A stretch of 64,000 nt of DNA from an uncultured Candidatus Binatia bacterium (GCA_965242525.1 OZ251459.1:1792001-1856000), one strand, 5' to 3'; shown: positions 26,337 to 36,151, counted from the first letter of the stretch. Numbers and translations: made by a program. The notes: a model not told the origin generated them from the letters alone.

Positions 26337-26768
26337 ATGAAGGTGGGGTCGCGCGGCGCTTACGGCATCCTGGCCCTGGAGGAACTGGTGCGGCGTTGGG
26401 ACGCGAAGACGCCGGTCCAGGTCAAGGAGATCGCGGAGAGGAAGACCATCCCCGAGGATTTCCTGGGCCAGATCATGGTCTCCCTGAAGCAGGCGGACAT
26501 CGTGCGCGCCAACCGGGGACCCGGCGGGGGGTACTACCTCACGCGGCCGCCGGACCGGATCCGGCTTCGGGAGGTGCTGCAGGCGTTGAGCGGGCCGTTG
26601 GCCGGGCCGGAGGAAAACCTGCGGAAGTACGTGGCCGACTCCGTTGCCGCGCGAAGGGTTCTGGACACCTGGGAGAAGGCCATGGCCGCGGTGGAGGAGG
26701 TCGTGGACGGCGTCACCCTCGCCGACATCTGCGAGCCGGACGAGCGGCCGCACATGTACTACATCTGA
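26337..26768 (+). CDS. Rrf2-family transcriptional regulator (CymR-like, no Cys triad)
   Basis: IPEDFLGQI, RGPGGGYYL and C-terminal MYYI. Confidence 0.88.
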   Translation: MKVGSRGAYGILALEELVRRWDAKTPVQVKEIAERKTIPEDFLGQIMVSLKQADIVRANRGPGGGYYLTRPPDRIRLREVLQALSGPLAGPEENLRKYVADSVAARRVLDTWEKAMAAVEEVVDGVTLADICEPDERPHMYYI

Positions 26769-26896
26769 CGGCCGCCGGACGAGAGGGAGGCGGTCCGAAG
26801 ACCGTTGGAGGCCGGACCGATGGAAACGATCCGGAGGGGCGAGCGGGTGAAGGGGCAAGGCGGCGCTGGTGGCCGGAGCGGGATCCATTGCGCCCG

Positions 26897-27133
26897 TCAG
26901 CGCCGTCTCCGGGGCCAGTTCAGCCAGGGGAACCGTTCCCGGTAGCGCCGCACCAACTCCCTCCCGCCGATGAGGCAACCGGCCCAGAAGACCAGTTGGC
27001 TGACGAAATAGACGCCCGCGGCCACCGCCAGCTTGTTGTGCTCCAAATCCAGGAAGGGCAGCAGGAGGATGCCGCCCGTCATGGCCCAGGAGCCGCCCAT
27101 CAACGCCACCGCGAGCTTTTCGAGGGGGGTCAT
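26897..27133 (-). CDS. Small 2-TM protein (transporter-suffix-domain-like)
   Basis: 78 aa with LLLPFL...SQLVFWAGCLIGGRELVRRYR. Last gene of the transporter operon. Confidence 0.6.
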   Translation of the reverse strand: MTPLEKLAVALMGGSWAMTGGILLLPFLDLEHNKLAVAAGVYFVSQLVFWAGCLIGGRELVRRYRERFPWLNWPRRRR

Positions 27134-27177
27134 CGAGAAAGGACGCGGCCGTCCGTGACCGGCCCCGGGGCCGTCCG

Positions 27178-29262
27178 TCAACTGTCCAGGGGCGTCCGGA
27201 CCACCCTCACGTCCACCGCGGCCACGCCTGCGTCTGCCTCCCTGACGATCAACGGGTTGACCTCCAGGTCGCTCAGGCGGGACCGGTGCGCGGCGAAGAG
27301 AGCGGACATGCCGGTGATGGCCCGGACCAGCGCGTCCACGTCCCGGGGCTTCTGGCCGCGTACTCCTTCGAGGATGCGGAAGCCCTTGAGCTCCCGGAGC
27401 ATGGCTTGGGCGTCCTCCGCGGTCACCGGAACCAGGCGCAACGCCACGTCCCGAAGCACCTCCACGAAGACCCCCCCCAGGCCCACCATGACGAACGGGC
27501 CGTACTGGGGGTCCACCCGTGCTCCGAGCAGGACCTCCGTGCCGGTGACCATTTCCTGCACCAGCAGCCGGGCATGGGCCGGACCCCTGGCCAGCAACTC
27601 CGCGCCCGCGCTTTCCACCGCCTCCGCGGAGCCCAACCCCACCGCCACGCCGCCCACTTCCGTCTTGTGGACCACCTCCGGCGATTGCAGCTTCAACACC
27701 ACCGGGAAACCCATTTCCGCGGCTTTGGCCGCGGCCTCCGCGGGCCCGTCGGCCACGGCCTCCGCGGGAAGCGTCAACCCGCAGGCGGCCAGCCGTTGCC
27801 GCCACGCGACCCCTTCCAGCTCGTCCGGACCGCCATCGGCCGGAGGGACCGGCGGGATGCCCGCGCGCCGGCGGCGGCCGTAGGCGCCAAGGCCGTTGAG
27901 CGCCCGCAACGTGGCCTTGATGCCTTGCAGGTGGGGCACTTCGGACGCCTCCTGGAACGCGCGGCTCTCGTCCATCAGGCTGTAGGTGGAGCGCGCGTGG
28001 GCCACGATGGGCTTGTCGATGCTCCGCGCGATCTTCCTCAGGAGCTCGGGATTGCGCTTCTCGCCGAAGCGGGGCAGCTCCCCGTGGATGGCGAGCTGGT
28101 CCACGCCTTCGTCCTCGGCGTGGATGCGGACGATCTCGGCAAAGGTGTTCTCGTTGCCGAAACCGGCGACGCCGCATTCGAGGGGGTTCTCCACCACCAG
28201 GTCGTCGGGGATGAGGGGGCGCAAGGCCCGGTTGGACGCTTCGCTCAGGGTGGCCAACTCGACGCCCACCTCCTCGATGTGGTCCAGCAGGATCCCCTTC
28301 ATGCCCCCGGAGTTGACCACGATGGCCGAACGCCCGCCCCGGGGGCGCCGCCCCGGCAGGAACGCCAGCGTCATCTCGGTGAGGTCTTCCAGGCTGTGGC
28401 AGCGCACCATCCCGTAGCGCTTGCACGCAGCCGAGAAGACCTCGTCGTCGCCGGCCAGCGAGCCCGTATGGGAGATGGCCTGGCGTCTTCCCATCTCCGA
28501 CCGGCCCAGCTTCACCACGATGACGGGCTTGTCCTTCTCCAGGGCCCTTGCCGCGGTCTCCAGGAACAGCTTCGGGCGCCGGATCCCCTCCACCATGAGC
28601 AGGATGATCCCGGTCTCCGGGTCGTCGATCAGGAAGGACAGGTAATCCACCACGTCGAGGCTGACCTCGTTGCCGCTGGAGATGGCGTAGCTGAAACCGA
28701 TGCCGCGCTCCCCTGCCCCTTTCATCCAGTTGCCCAGCGATCCTCCGCTCTGGAACACGGCCGCCACCGGGCCGGGCTTGAGCAGCGGCAGGCGCTGCGC
28801 ATAGGTCATCATGCGCCGGTTCACGGAGGAGGCGCCCATGCAGTTGGGGCCGCAGCAGACCATGCCGCTCCGCTCGCAGAACTCCGCCAGCTCCCGGCCG
28901 CGCTCATGGCTCCCGGGGTCGCTGCCTTCGCCGAAGCCCGCGCTGTAGATGGTGGCCGCCTTGGCCCCCAGGGGCGCGGCCTGCTCCAGGGTCGGGATCA
29001 CGGCCCGGGTCGGCACCAGCATCAGCAGGTGCTCCGCGGGCTCCGGCAGCGCGTCCAGAGCAGGGTAGCAGGGCGCGCCCCATATCTCCGGGTAGTTGGG
29101 ATTGACCAGGAAGACCTTGCCGGGGAACTCCGCGGCCTCGAGGTTGTGGAAGATCAGGTTGGGCCAGTTGCCCTTGGGCGACGCGCCCACGATGGCCAGG
29201 GTCCTGGCGTGCAGCAGGTTGGCTGCCGGACGGATGGTGGTTCTCTCGGTGCCTTCGCTCAT
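27178..29262 (-). CDS. NDP-forming acyl-CoA synthetase (acetate--CoA ligase family), likely hydroxycinnamoyl-CoA synthetase
   Basis: AIVGAS, GPNCMG, QSG, SHTGSLAG phospho-His and an ATP-grasp domain (VHKTEVGGV). Substrate inferred from the operon. Confidence 0.85.
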   Translation of the reverse strand: MSEGTERTTIRPAANLLHARTLAIVGASPKGNWPNLIFHNLEAAEFPGKVFLVNPNYPEIWGAPCYPALDALPEPAEHLLMLVPTRAVIPTLEQAAPLGAKAATIYSAGFGEGSDPGSHERGRELAEFCERSGMVCCGPNCMGASSVNRRMMTYAQRLPLLKPGPVAAVFQSGGSLGNWMKGAGERGIGFSYAISSGNEVSLDVVDYLSFLIDDPETGIILLMVEGIRRPKLFLETAARALEKDKPVIVVKLGRSEMGRRQAISHTGSLAGDDEVFSAACKRYGMVRCHSLEDLTEMTLAFLPGRRPRGGRSAIVVNSGGMKGILLDHIEEVGVELATLSEASNRALRPLIPDDLVVENPLECGVAGFGNENTFAEIVRIHAEDEGVDQLAIHGELPRFGEKRNPELLRKIARSIDKPIVAHARSTYSLMDESRAFQEASEVPHLQGIKATLRALNGLGAYGRRRRAGIPPVPPADGGPDELEGVAWRQRLAACGLTLPAEAVADGPAEAAAKAAEMGFPVVLKLQSPEVVHKTEVGGVAVGLGSAEAVESAGAELLARGPAHARLLVQEMVTGTEVLLGARVDPQYGPFVMVGLGGVFVEVLRDVALRLVPVTAEDAQAMLRELKGFRILEGVRGQKPRDVDALVRAITGMSALFAAHRSRLSDLEVNPLIVREADAGVAAVDVRVVRTPLDS

Positions 29263-29293
29263 TACCGCTCTTTCCCTCCCCGGAACGAACTTC

Positions 29294-29812
29294 CTAGAAC
29301 AACTCGATGCCGAAATAGCGGAACAACTCTCCCTCGTACCAGGAAACGTGGATGACCTGGTCGAACACCCCGAACAGGAACACCACGATGGCCCCGGTGA
29401 GCCCCAGGGAAAGGAGCCACCCTTCGTCCGAACCCACCTTCAGGTAGAGGAAGACGAACAGGGGCAGCGCGAAGATCTGTCCCAGGAGCCAGGTGCCGGC
29501 GAATATGCCCACGAGCCACAGGCAGATGACCAGCGTCCGCTTCAATGCCTCGCCCCCGCGGAGGCTCGCGTCGAGGAAGATGTCCGCGGCTCCCGCGGGT
29601 CCTTCGGGGGCCTTGGCCTCCCCTCCCCGCAACCCGGTCCAGAGCGAGAGGACCGCGGCCATGACGCAGCCCGCGACCCCGATCAACGTGGGGAACAGGG
29701 CGGTCTTCCAGGGCCAGTCCCGGGCCATGAACACGCCCAGGGCGAACACCGCGGCCAGCACGAGTATGAACAGGCTTTCGATGTAGTGCTCGCGGATGCG
29801 TGGTCGCGCCAT
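29294..29812 (-). CDS. tctB: Tripartite tricarboxylate transporter small membrane subunit
   Basis: Four to five TM helices, LFP motif, adjacent to tctA. Confidence 0.8.
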   Translation of the reverse strand: MARPRIREHYIESLFILVLAAVFALGVFMARDWPWKTALFPTLIGVAGCVMAAVLSLWTGLRGGEAKAPEGPAGAADIFLDASLRGGEALKRTLVICLWLVGIFAGTWLLGQIFALPLFVFLYLKVGSDEGWLLSLGLTGAIVVFLFGVFDQVIHVSWYEGELFRYFGIELF

Positions 29813-29830
29813 GGTGGACCTCCGGGGCCG

Positions 29831-31297
29831 CTACTTGCGCGCCCGGGACCTTGCCGCGAAGAAGAGGGTCGCCAGCGTCAACGCGATCAGGACCAGGACG
29901 ATGGGCCGCTGCCACAACCAGGACCAGCCGTAACGGCTGACGCTGATGTCCAGGTACCGCTCCATGATGGGACCCAGGACGATGCCGAGGGCGATGGGCG
30001 GGCGCGGCCAACCCCAGCGTTTCATGAGGTAGCCCAGCCCCCCCAGGCTCAGCAGCACGATCCAGTCCCCCAGTTCCTGGGTGGCCATCCAGGAGCCCAT
30101 GAACACCAGCACCACGATGACCGGGATGAGCACGCTGCCGCGTATGGTGGTGACCTTGGCCAACTGCGTCGTGCAGCCCATCAATATCACCGCGGTGAGG
30201 ACGTTGGCGATGACCAGCGCCCAGATGACCGAGAAGGTGACGTCCAGGCGCGTGGTGAGGAGCTCCGGGCCGGGGAAGATGCCGTGGATCAGGAACGCGC
30301 CGAGCAGGATGGCCATGGTGGCGCTGCCAGGGATGCCGAAGGCGATGGTGGGGATCAGCGAGCCGCCCTTCATGGCGTTGTTGGCGCTCTCCGGCGCGAT
30401 CACCCCGCGTATCTCGCCCTTGCCGAACTCCGCCTTCGGGTCCTTGTTGGACTGGACCGCATGTCCGTACGCCACCCAGTCCACGATGCTCGCTCCCAGG
30501 CCCGGGATGAAGCCGATGTAGGCGCCGATGAACGCGCACCGGAGCGCCAGCCACCGGTGCCGCACCGCGTCGCGCACCCCGTCCCACAAGCCCCTGCCCA
30601 TCTCCGGCGCCTCGGACAGGGATCCCCGGCGCACCGCCAGCTCGATCACCTCCGGCAGCGAGAAGAGGCCCAGCACGCACGGGACGATGGGAGGGCGTTC
30701 CAGCAGGTACGGAATGCCGAACCAGAAGCGCGGGATGCCGTCCTGGGGCGAGTAGCCGATCATGGAGATCTGCAACGCCAGCAGCCCCACGAGTATGCCC
30801 TTGGCCGGGGCGTTGCCGCTCAGGGACGCCACCATGGCCATGCCGAGGACGCCCAGGAGGAAGAACTCCGGCGCGCCGAAGGAGAGCACCAGAGGGCTCA
30901 GGATCGGTATGGAGATGACCAGCAGGACAGCGCCCACCACGCCGCCGAACCCCGAGACCGTGTAGGCGGCGCCGAAGGCCCGGGCCGCCTCCCCTTTCTT
31001 GGCCATGGGGTAGCCGTCCATGATGGTGGCCTGGGAGCCGGCGGTCCCCGGCACCCCCAGGAGCACCGACGAGATGGTGTCCGAGGTGGAGGTGATGGCG
31101 TACATGCCCATGAGCAGCGCCATGGCCTCGTAAGGCTGGAGGTCGAAGGTGAAGGGCAGGAGGATGGCCATTCCGGAGAGGCCGGAAAGGCCCGGGACCA
31201 TGCCGAAGAAGACCCCGAGGCTGACGCCCAGCAGCAGGTAGCCGAAGGCCGGCCACGCCACGATGCCCTGGAGTCCCTGTTGGGCCGCCTCTAGCAT
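29831..31297 (-). CDS. tctA: Tripartite tricarboxylate transporter large permease
   Basis: GMVPGL, GVPGT, DGYPMAKKG, APESANNA and FGIPGS. Confidence 0.93.
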   Translation of the reverse strand: MLEAAQQGLQGIVAWPAFGYLLLGVSLGVFFGMVPGLSGLSGMAILLPFTFDLQPYEAMALLMGMYAITSTSDTISSVLLGVPGTAGSQATIMDGYPMAKKGEAARAFGAAYTVSGFGGVVGAVLLVISIPILSPLVLSFGAPEFFLLGVLGMAMVASLSGNAPAKGILVGLLALQISMIGYSPQDGIPRFWFGIPYLLERPPIVPCVLGLFSLPEVIELAVRRGSLSEAPEMGRGLWDGVRDAVRHRWLALRCAFIGAYIGFIPGLGASIVDWVAYGHAVQSNKDPKAEFGKGEIRGVIAPESANNAMKGGSLIPTIAFGIPGSATMAILLGAFLIHGIFPGPELLTTRLDVTFSVIWALVIANVLTAVILMGCTTQLAKVTTIRGSVLIPVIVVLVFMGSWMATQELGDWIVLLSLGGLGYLMKRWGWPRPPIALGIVLGPIMERYLDISVSRYGWSWLWQRPIVLVLIALTLATLFFAARSRARK

Positions 31298-31385
31298 CCT
31301 GTGTGGAGTTCGGACAAATCCCGCGAGGGTATCCCGCCGCCGGCCCGCGGGTCAGGCGGCCGGCAACGGGATACGGCGGGACGGC

Positions 31386-32477
31386 CTATTTCTCGCCCGC
31401 GAGCTTGCGGCCTTCCTCGATGTACTTCAGGCGGAACTGCCGCATCTCTTCCCCTGCGGTCTTCCACGGCGTCATGGCCGTCTCGATGGCCTTGGGGGTC
31501 GTCAGCATGCTCGGCTCGATGCCCACCGTCTTCTTGTACTCCGCGAGGAACTCGGGGTCCTTGCTCATGGCCGCAAAGGCGCCGCGCACCGCTTCCACCG
31601 CGGCCGCGGGAGTCTCCGGGGGCGCGAGGATCTGGCGGTAGCTGCTCAGGATCTGGAACAGCTTCCACTTGGGACCCGAAGGCTCCTTGCCGGAGAGGGC
31701 CTTGACGAACTGGCGCACGGGCAGGCCCGGGGCGATGCGGGGGATCTCCGTGTCGCTGCCGTACCACAACGGTATGGCGTTGCCCTTGTCCACCGCGATG
31801 GGCTTGACCCGGGTGAGGTAGAACGGCGTGCTCCCGTCCACGTAGTCGATCTCCTTGCGCAGGAACGCCGCCAGCAGGCCCGAGGACCCCTGGTATCCGG
31901 TGACGTACTTGTAAGGCACTCCCGTGAGGTCGAAGAGGGCCCGGAACTTCAAGTCCTTGCTGCTGTCCGCGCGGAACCCTCCCACCGTGAAGCTCTTGAC
32001 CCCGGTCAGGTCCGCGGGCTTGTCGAGCATGGGGTCCAGGTCCTTCTTGGCCACCCCGACGCTCACCACCGGCGTGAACATGACCGGGATGATCTCTTCC
32101 ATGTTGGCCCGGAGGCCCGCGCCCTTGGGGTCGCCCACGAACCACTCCTGGTAGCGGCCGCTGGCGGTCTGGCACCCCATCACGCTGCCGTTCCGCCGGG
32201 CGCGCTCGTAGAGCCAGTTCATGGCCAGGGTCCCGCCTCCCCCGGGCCGGTTCATGACCACGATGGTGGGGTCGCCCTTCAGGTGCTTCTTCAGGTGCCG
32301 GGCGTAGATCCGGCACTCGATGTCGGTGGGTCCGCCCGCGGAGAAATCGACCATGAGCTTCAGGGTCTTGCCCTGGTAGAAGGGCTTGTCCGCGGAGAAC
32401 GCCGGGGCGCCGAACAGAAGCGCAAGCACGAGCACGGCACAAGTGGACAGCACGGCTTTGTGTACGGTTGACTTCAT
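31386..32477 (-). CDS. tctC: Tripartite tricarboxylate transporter substrate-binding protein (Bug/TctC)
   Basis: Signal peptide, FYQGKT, SAGGPTD, NRPGGGG and VTGYQG. Confidence 0.8.
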   Translation of the reverse strand: MKSTVHKAVLSTCAVLVLALLFGAPAFSADKPFYQGKTLKLMVDFSAGGPTDIECRIYARHLKKHLKGDPTIVVMNRPGGGGTLAMNWLYERARRNGSVMGCQTASGRYQEWFVGDPKGAGLRANMEEIIPVMFTPVVSVGVAKKDLDPMLDKPADLTGVKSFTVGGFRADSSKDLKFRALFDLTGVPYKYVTGYQGSSGLLAAFLRKEIDYVDGSTPFYLTRVKPIAVDKGNAIPLWYGSDTEIPRIAPGLPVRQFVKALSGKEPSGPKWKLFQILSSYRQILAPPETPAAAVEAVRGAFAAMSKDPEFLAEYKKTVGIEPSMLTTPKAIETAMTPWKTAGEEMRQFRLKYIEEGRKLAGEK

Positions 32478-32558
32478 CGCTTGCTCCCTCCCTGGGTCAG
32501 TGAACGCCGTCCTGGGGCGTCGGTCCCAGCACCCGGATCGACGCCCCGCCACATGGGG

Positions 32559-33395
32559 TCAGGATGCCTTGTTGACCCGTTCCATGGGACCCAGACCCGG
32601 CTTGTAGGTCTTGTCGTCGATGAACTGCTTGATCCCCTGGCCGTAACCGTCCTCCCGGTCCTGCATCTTGATCTGGGAGCCCTTGGCGGCCAGGTAGTCC
32701 TCGGCCTGGACGTAGTCCATGTTGCGCACCAGCTTGTAGGCCTGCTTGGTGGCCCGCAAGGCCCAGGGGTTCTTGGCCATGAGTTTCTTCGCCAGCGCCA
32801 CGGTCTCCTCCCGGAGCTTGTCCCCGGGCACGGCGTAGTTGACGAGCCTCATCTCCGCGGCCTTCCTGCCGTCGAACGGGTCGCCGGTCATGGCGTGGTA
32901 GAGGCCGTCGCGCAAGGTCATCATGTCGGTGACCACCCGGCTCACGAGCCCCCCGGGCAGGATGCCCCAGTTGACCTCGGACAGCCCGAACAGGGCGTCC
33001 TCCGAGGCGATGGCGAAGTCGCACGCCACCAGCGGCGTGAAGGCGCCGCCGAAACAGAACCCGTTGACCATGGCGATGGTGGGCTTGGGGAAGGTGAAGA
33101 GCTTGCGCCAGCGCCACTCCTGGCTGCACCAGCTCGCCTGCCGGCGGAGCGCCGGGTCCTTGTCGCCCTCGCGGAAGTACTCCTTGAGGTCCTGGCCGGC
33201 GCACCAACTGTTGCCCGCCCCGGTGATGACCATCACCTGGGTTTCCGGGTCCCCTTCGGCCTCGGTCACCGCGTCGTACATGTCGAAGTGGAGTTGCGGG
33301 CTCATGGCGTTCCGCTTCTCGGGTCGGTTGAGGATGACCCAGGCAATGCCGTCCTCCTTCTCCACCAGCACGGTCTTGTATTCCTTCGTCGCCAT
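32559..33395 (-). CDS. p-Hydroxycinnamoyl-CoA hydratase/lyase (crotonase family)
   Basis: NRPEKRNAMSP, AGQDLKEYFRE, GGAFTPLVACD, SEVNWGILPGG and QFIDDKTYKPGL, all characteristic of HCHL. Confidence 0.9.
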   Translation of the reverse strand: MATKEYKTVLVEKEDGIAWVILNRPEKRNAMSPQLHFDMYDAVTEAEGDPETQVMVITGAGNSWCAGQDLKEYFREGDKDPALRRQASWCSQEWRWRKLFTFPKPTIAMVNGFCFGGAFTPLVACDFAIASEDALFGLSEVNWGILPGGLVSRVVTDMMTLRDGLYHAMTGDPFDGRKAAEMRLVNYAVPGDKLREETVALAKKLMAKNPWALRATKQAYKLVRNMDYVQAEDYLAAKGSQIKMQDREDGYGQGIKQFIDDKTYKPGLGPMERVNKAS

Positions 33396-33441
33396 CGAAA
33401 AGTTCCCTCCTTTGGACGTTAACCGAATCGGCAATCCGCCA

Positions 33442-33470
33442 ACTCTATGCAGTGACGTTCACGGAGTCAA
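33442..33470 (-). promoter_or_regulatory. Sigma70 promoter of the hydroxycinnamate operon
   Basis: Minus strand TTGACT-N17-TAGAGT. The spacer holds a GTGA-N3-TCAC inverted repeat. AAGGAGG RBS lies downstream. Confidence 0.6.
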
Positions 33471-33713
33471 GGAACAAATCTCCCGCGGCGCGGCATTTTC
33501 GCCCGGTCCCGCGGCTTTTCCCGGCCCCGACCCCCGCCCCGTGCCCGGGGCGGGCGAGGGTCCTCATTGGCACGGCGTTCCCGAGCCTGTCAAGGACGGA
33601 CGTTTTGTTCCCGTCCGACCATGTGCTAACCTGCCGGTTCGATCCGGGGCCTCTGGACCGGGCGCCATGCCCGGAGCGGGGACCCGGAACCTTGCCCGGG
33701 ACGTATCGGAATC

Positions 33714-34307
33714 ATGCAAGTCTGTTGCCTGGACCTGGAGGGTGTGCTGCTGCCGGAGATCTGGATCGCGGTGGCCGACCACTTCCGCAACGACGACCTC
33801 CGGCTCACCACCCGGGACATCTCCGACTACGACCAGCTCATGCGGCACCGGCTGAAGGTCCTCCGGAAGAACCGCATCCGGCTGGCGGACATCCAGGAGG
33901 TCATCGCCCGCATGAAGCCGCTGCCGGGCGCCAGGGCCTTCCTCGACGACCTCGCGGGGCGTTTCCAGGTGGCGGTGCTGTCGGACACCTACTACGAGTT
34001 CGCCCTGCCGCTGGTGCGGAAGCTCGGCAACCCCACGCTGCTGTGCAACTGGCTCCGGTTGAGCCGGTCCGGGTACATTGCGGACTACGTGCTGCGCCAG
34101 AAGGACGGCAAGCGCAAGGCCGTCAAGGCCTTCCAGGACATGGGCTTCCGCGTGGCGGCCGCGGGGGACTCCTACAACGACCTGGGCATGCTGCGCGCCG
34201 CGGACCGAGGGGTGCTCTTCAACCCGCCGGACGCCATCGCCCGGCGCTACGCCGCCTATCCGGTGGCGCGGGACTACGCCACGCTGGCGCGGTTGCTGGA
34301 ACAGTAA
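33714..34307 (+). CDS. thrH: Bifunctional phosphoserine phosphatase/homoserine phosphotransferase
   Basis: CLDLEGVLLPEIW, TTRDISDYD, LSDTYYEF and AAGDSYND. Confidence 0.93.
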   Translation: MQVCCLDLEGVLLPEIWIAVADHFRNDDLRLTTRDISDYDQLMRHRLKVLRKNRIRLADIQEVIARMKPLPGARAFLDDLAGRFQVAVLSDTYYEFALPLVRKLGNPTLLCNWLRLSRSGYIADYVLRQKDGKRKAVKAFQDMGFRVAAAGDSYNDLGMLRAADRGVLFNPPDAIARRYAAYPVARDYATLARLLEQ

Positions 34308-34419
34308 ACGGACGACCGAACGATCGAGTGATCGAGGATGGGCGCCGATGCCCGGGGGTAGCCGCCGCGTTGCGCGCCCGCCCGGCTCCGGTCCTGCCCC
34401 ACACCAAGGAGATATTCCC

Positions 34420-35811
34420 ATGCTGGACGTGCTGATCGACAACGCAGAGATCATCAACGCCAACGGCCGCTACAAGGGATCCATCGGCGTCCGGGACGGC
34501 GTCATCGCCGGGATCTACCGGGCCGGGGACCGGCCGGAGGCCGGCGAGGTGGTGGACGCCGCGGGCCTGGCGGTGGTCCCCGGGGCGGTGGACATGCACT
34601 CGCACCACCGGGAAGGCGGCGAGCCCGGTGGGTACGACTACAAGGAGAACATCCAGACCGCCACCATGCAGTGCGCCGCGGGCGGGGTCACCACCTCCGT
34701 GGCCATGCCCAACGTGACGCCGCCGCCCAACACGGTGGAGCGGCTCGACGCGCTGTTCCGGGTCTACGAGGAGAAGTCCTTCATCGATTACAACGTCAAC
34801 CCGGCCGGCACCATCCCGGAGGAGATCCCCAAGCTGGCCCAACAGGGCATCGCCGCCTTCAAGGTGTTCATGGTGGTGGACACGGGCCGGGACTACCCCC
34901 ACATGCCGGGCATCGGCGTCCACGACCACGGCAAGCTCATGGAGATCATGGAGGCGTGCGCCGCGGCCAACGTCCCGCTCATGGTCCATCCCCACGACCA
35001 GGCGCTCATGGACCACATCGAGAAGAAGTTCTGGGACCGGGGGGAACGCGACTGCCTGGCCTACGCCAAGGCCTACGCGGCCCATGACGGAGTGATCTGG
35101 GAGACCGCCATCCAGCTCCTGGTGCGGTTGCAGCAGGCCACCGGAGTCCACCTGCACCTGCTCCACATCCAGACCGCGGGCAGCGTGGAGATCCTCCGGC
35201 GGGCCAAGGCCAACGGCCAGCGGGTGAGCGCGGAGATCAACCCCTGGGCGCTGTTCCTGGGGTCGGACTGGTCGGAGATCGAGCGGCTGGGGTCCTACGC
35301 CCTCTCCTACTGGGTGCCGGAGGAGAACGCGCCCCACCTGTGGGGCGGCCTGTGCGACGGAACCATCGACATCGTGTCCACCGACCATGCGCCGCACACC
35401 CGGGAAGAGAAGGAGATCGGCTGGGAGGACGGCTGGAAGGCCCACACCGGGACGCCCTCGGCCCAGTACTACCTGAGCCTCCTGTTCGACGCCGCGGCCA
35501 AGGGCAAGATCTCCCTGGAACGCGTGGTGGAGGCCACCTCCACCGGTCCGGCGCGGATCTTCGGGGTCGAGCGCAAAGGGCGCATCGAGGTAGGCTGCGA
35601 CGCCGACCTGGTGCTGGTGGACCTCGACGCGGAGAAGGAGATCCGGGACGAAGACGTACTCAGCCTCATCGGCTGGACCCCCTACGCCGGCCGCAAGGTG
35701 CGGGGCGTCCCCGTGCGCACCTTCGTGCGCGGGACCACCGTGTATCGTGACGGCAAGGTGGTGGGGCAGAAGGGCCACGGACGGCAGGCCCGGGCCAGGT
35801 ATCCGGGGTAG
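34420..35811 (+). CDS. Dihydroorotase/allantoinase-family cyclic amidohydrolase
   Basis: PGAVDMHSH, AAGGVTT, AFKVFM and TDHAPHT. AAGGAG RBS. Confidence 0.88.
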   Translation: MLDVLIDNAEIINANGRYKGSIGVRDGVIAGIYRAGDRPEAGEVVDAAGLAVVPGAVDMHSHHREGGEPGGYDYKENIQTATMQCAAGGVTTSVAMPNVTPPPNTVERLDALFRVYEEKSFIDYNVNPAGTIPEEIPKLAQQGIAAFKVFMVVDTGRDYPHMPGIGVHDHGKLMEIMEACAAANVPLMVHPHDQALMDHIEKKFWDRGERDCLAYAKAYAAHDGVIWETAIQLLVRLQQATGVHLHLLHIQTAGSVEILRRAKANGQRVSAEINPWALFLGSDWSEIERLGSYALSYWVPEENAPHLWGGLCDGTIDIVSTDHAPHTREEKEIGWEDGWKAHTGTPSAQYYLSLLFDAAAKGKISLERVVEATSTGPARIFGVERKGRIEVGCDADLVLVDLDAEKEIRDEDVLSLIGWTPYAGRKVRGVPVRTFVRGTTVYRDGKVVGQKGHGRQARARYPG

Positions 35812-35835
35812 CCCGTCGGATTCCCGAGGCCGTAA

Positions 35836-35889
35836 CTTGACTAAATATAGCGACTTGACAAACCTGTCATATCGCTCTATTTAGTCAAG
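35836..35889. promoter_or_regulatory. Long AT-rich inverted repeat, probable operator/promoter
   Basis: CTTGACTAAATATAGCGA...TCGCTCTATTTAGTCAAG with about 25-bp arms. Contains TTGACA and abuts the ATG at 35891. Confidence 0.7.
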
Positions 35890-35890
35890 C

Positions 35891-36151
35891 ATGGACATAC
35901 CATCCGCCCCGAAGGCCATCCACGAGATCGCTGGACGTCTCGCGGAACTGGTCGATGCCGACTGCCAGCCATTCGTCTGGCTGATCGTCCCGAACGACGA
36001 AGGCGTGTTTCATGGTGGATCCGTGCGAAACGGCGTTCACTGCGTCCATCCGGTGCAGGCATATCTCGACCTCCATGCCCATCCCGAACGGGCACGGGAC
36101 GTCGCGCATGAGTTGAGGAGCGATCAGCTACACTGGAGGACCGGTGACTGA
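35891..36151 (+). pseudogene. Internally deleted AbiEi-type (type IV TA) antitoxin remnant
   Basis: VWLIVPNDEGVF...VHPVQAYLDL...ERA resembles the AbiEi_2 C-terminus. Only 86 aa and no toxin follows. Confidence 0.6.
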
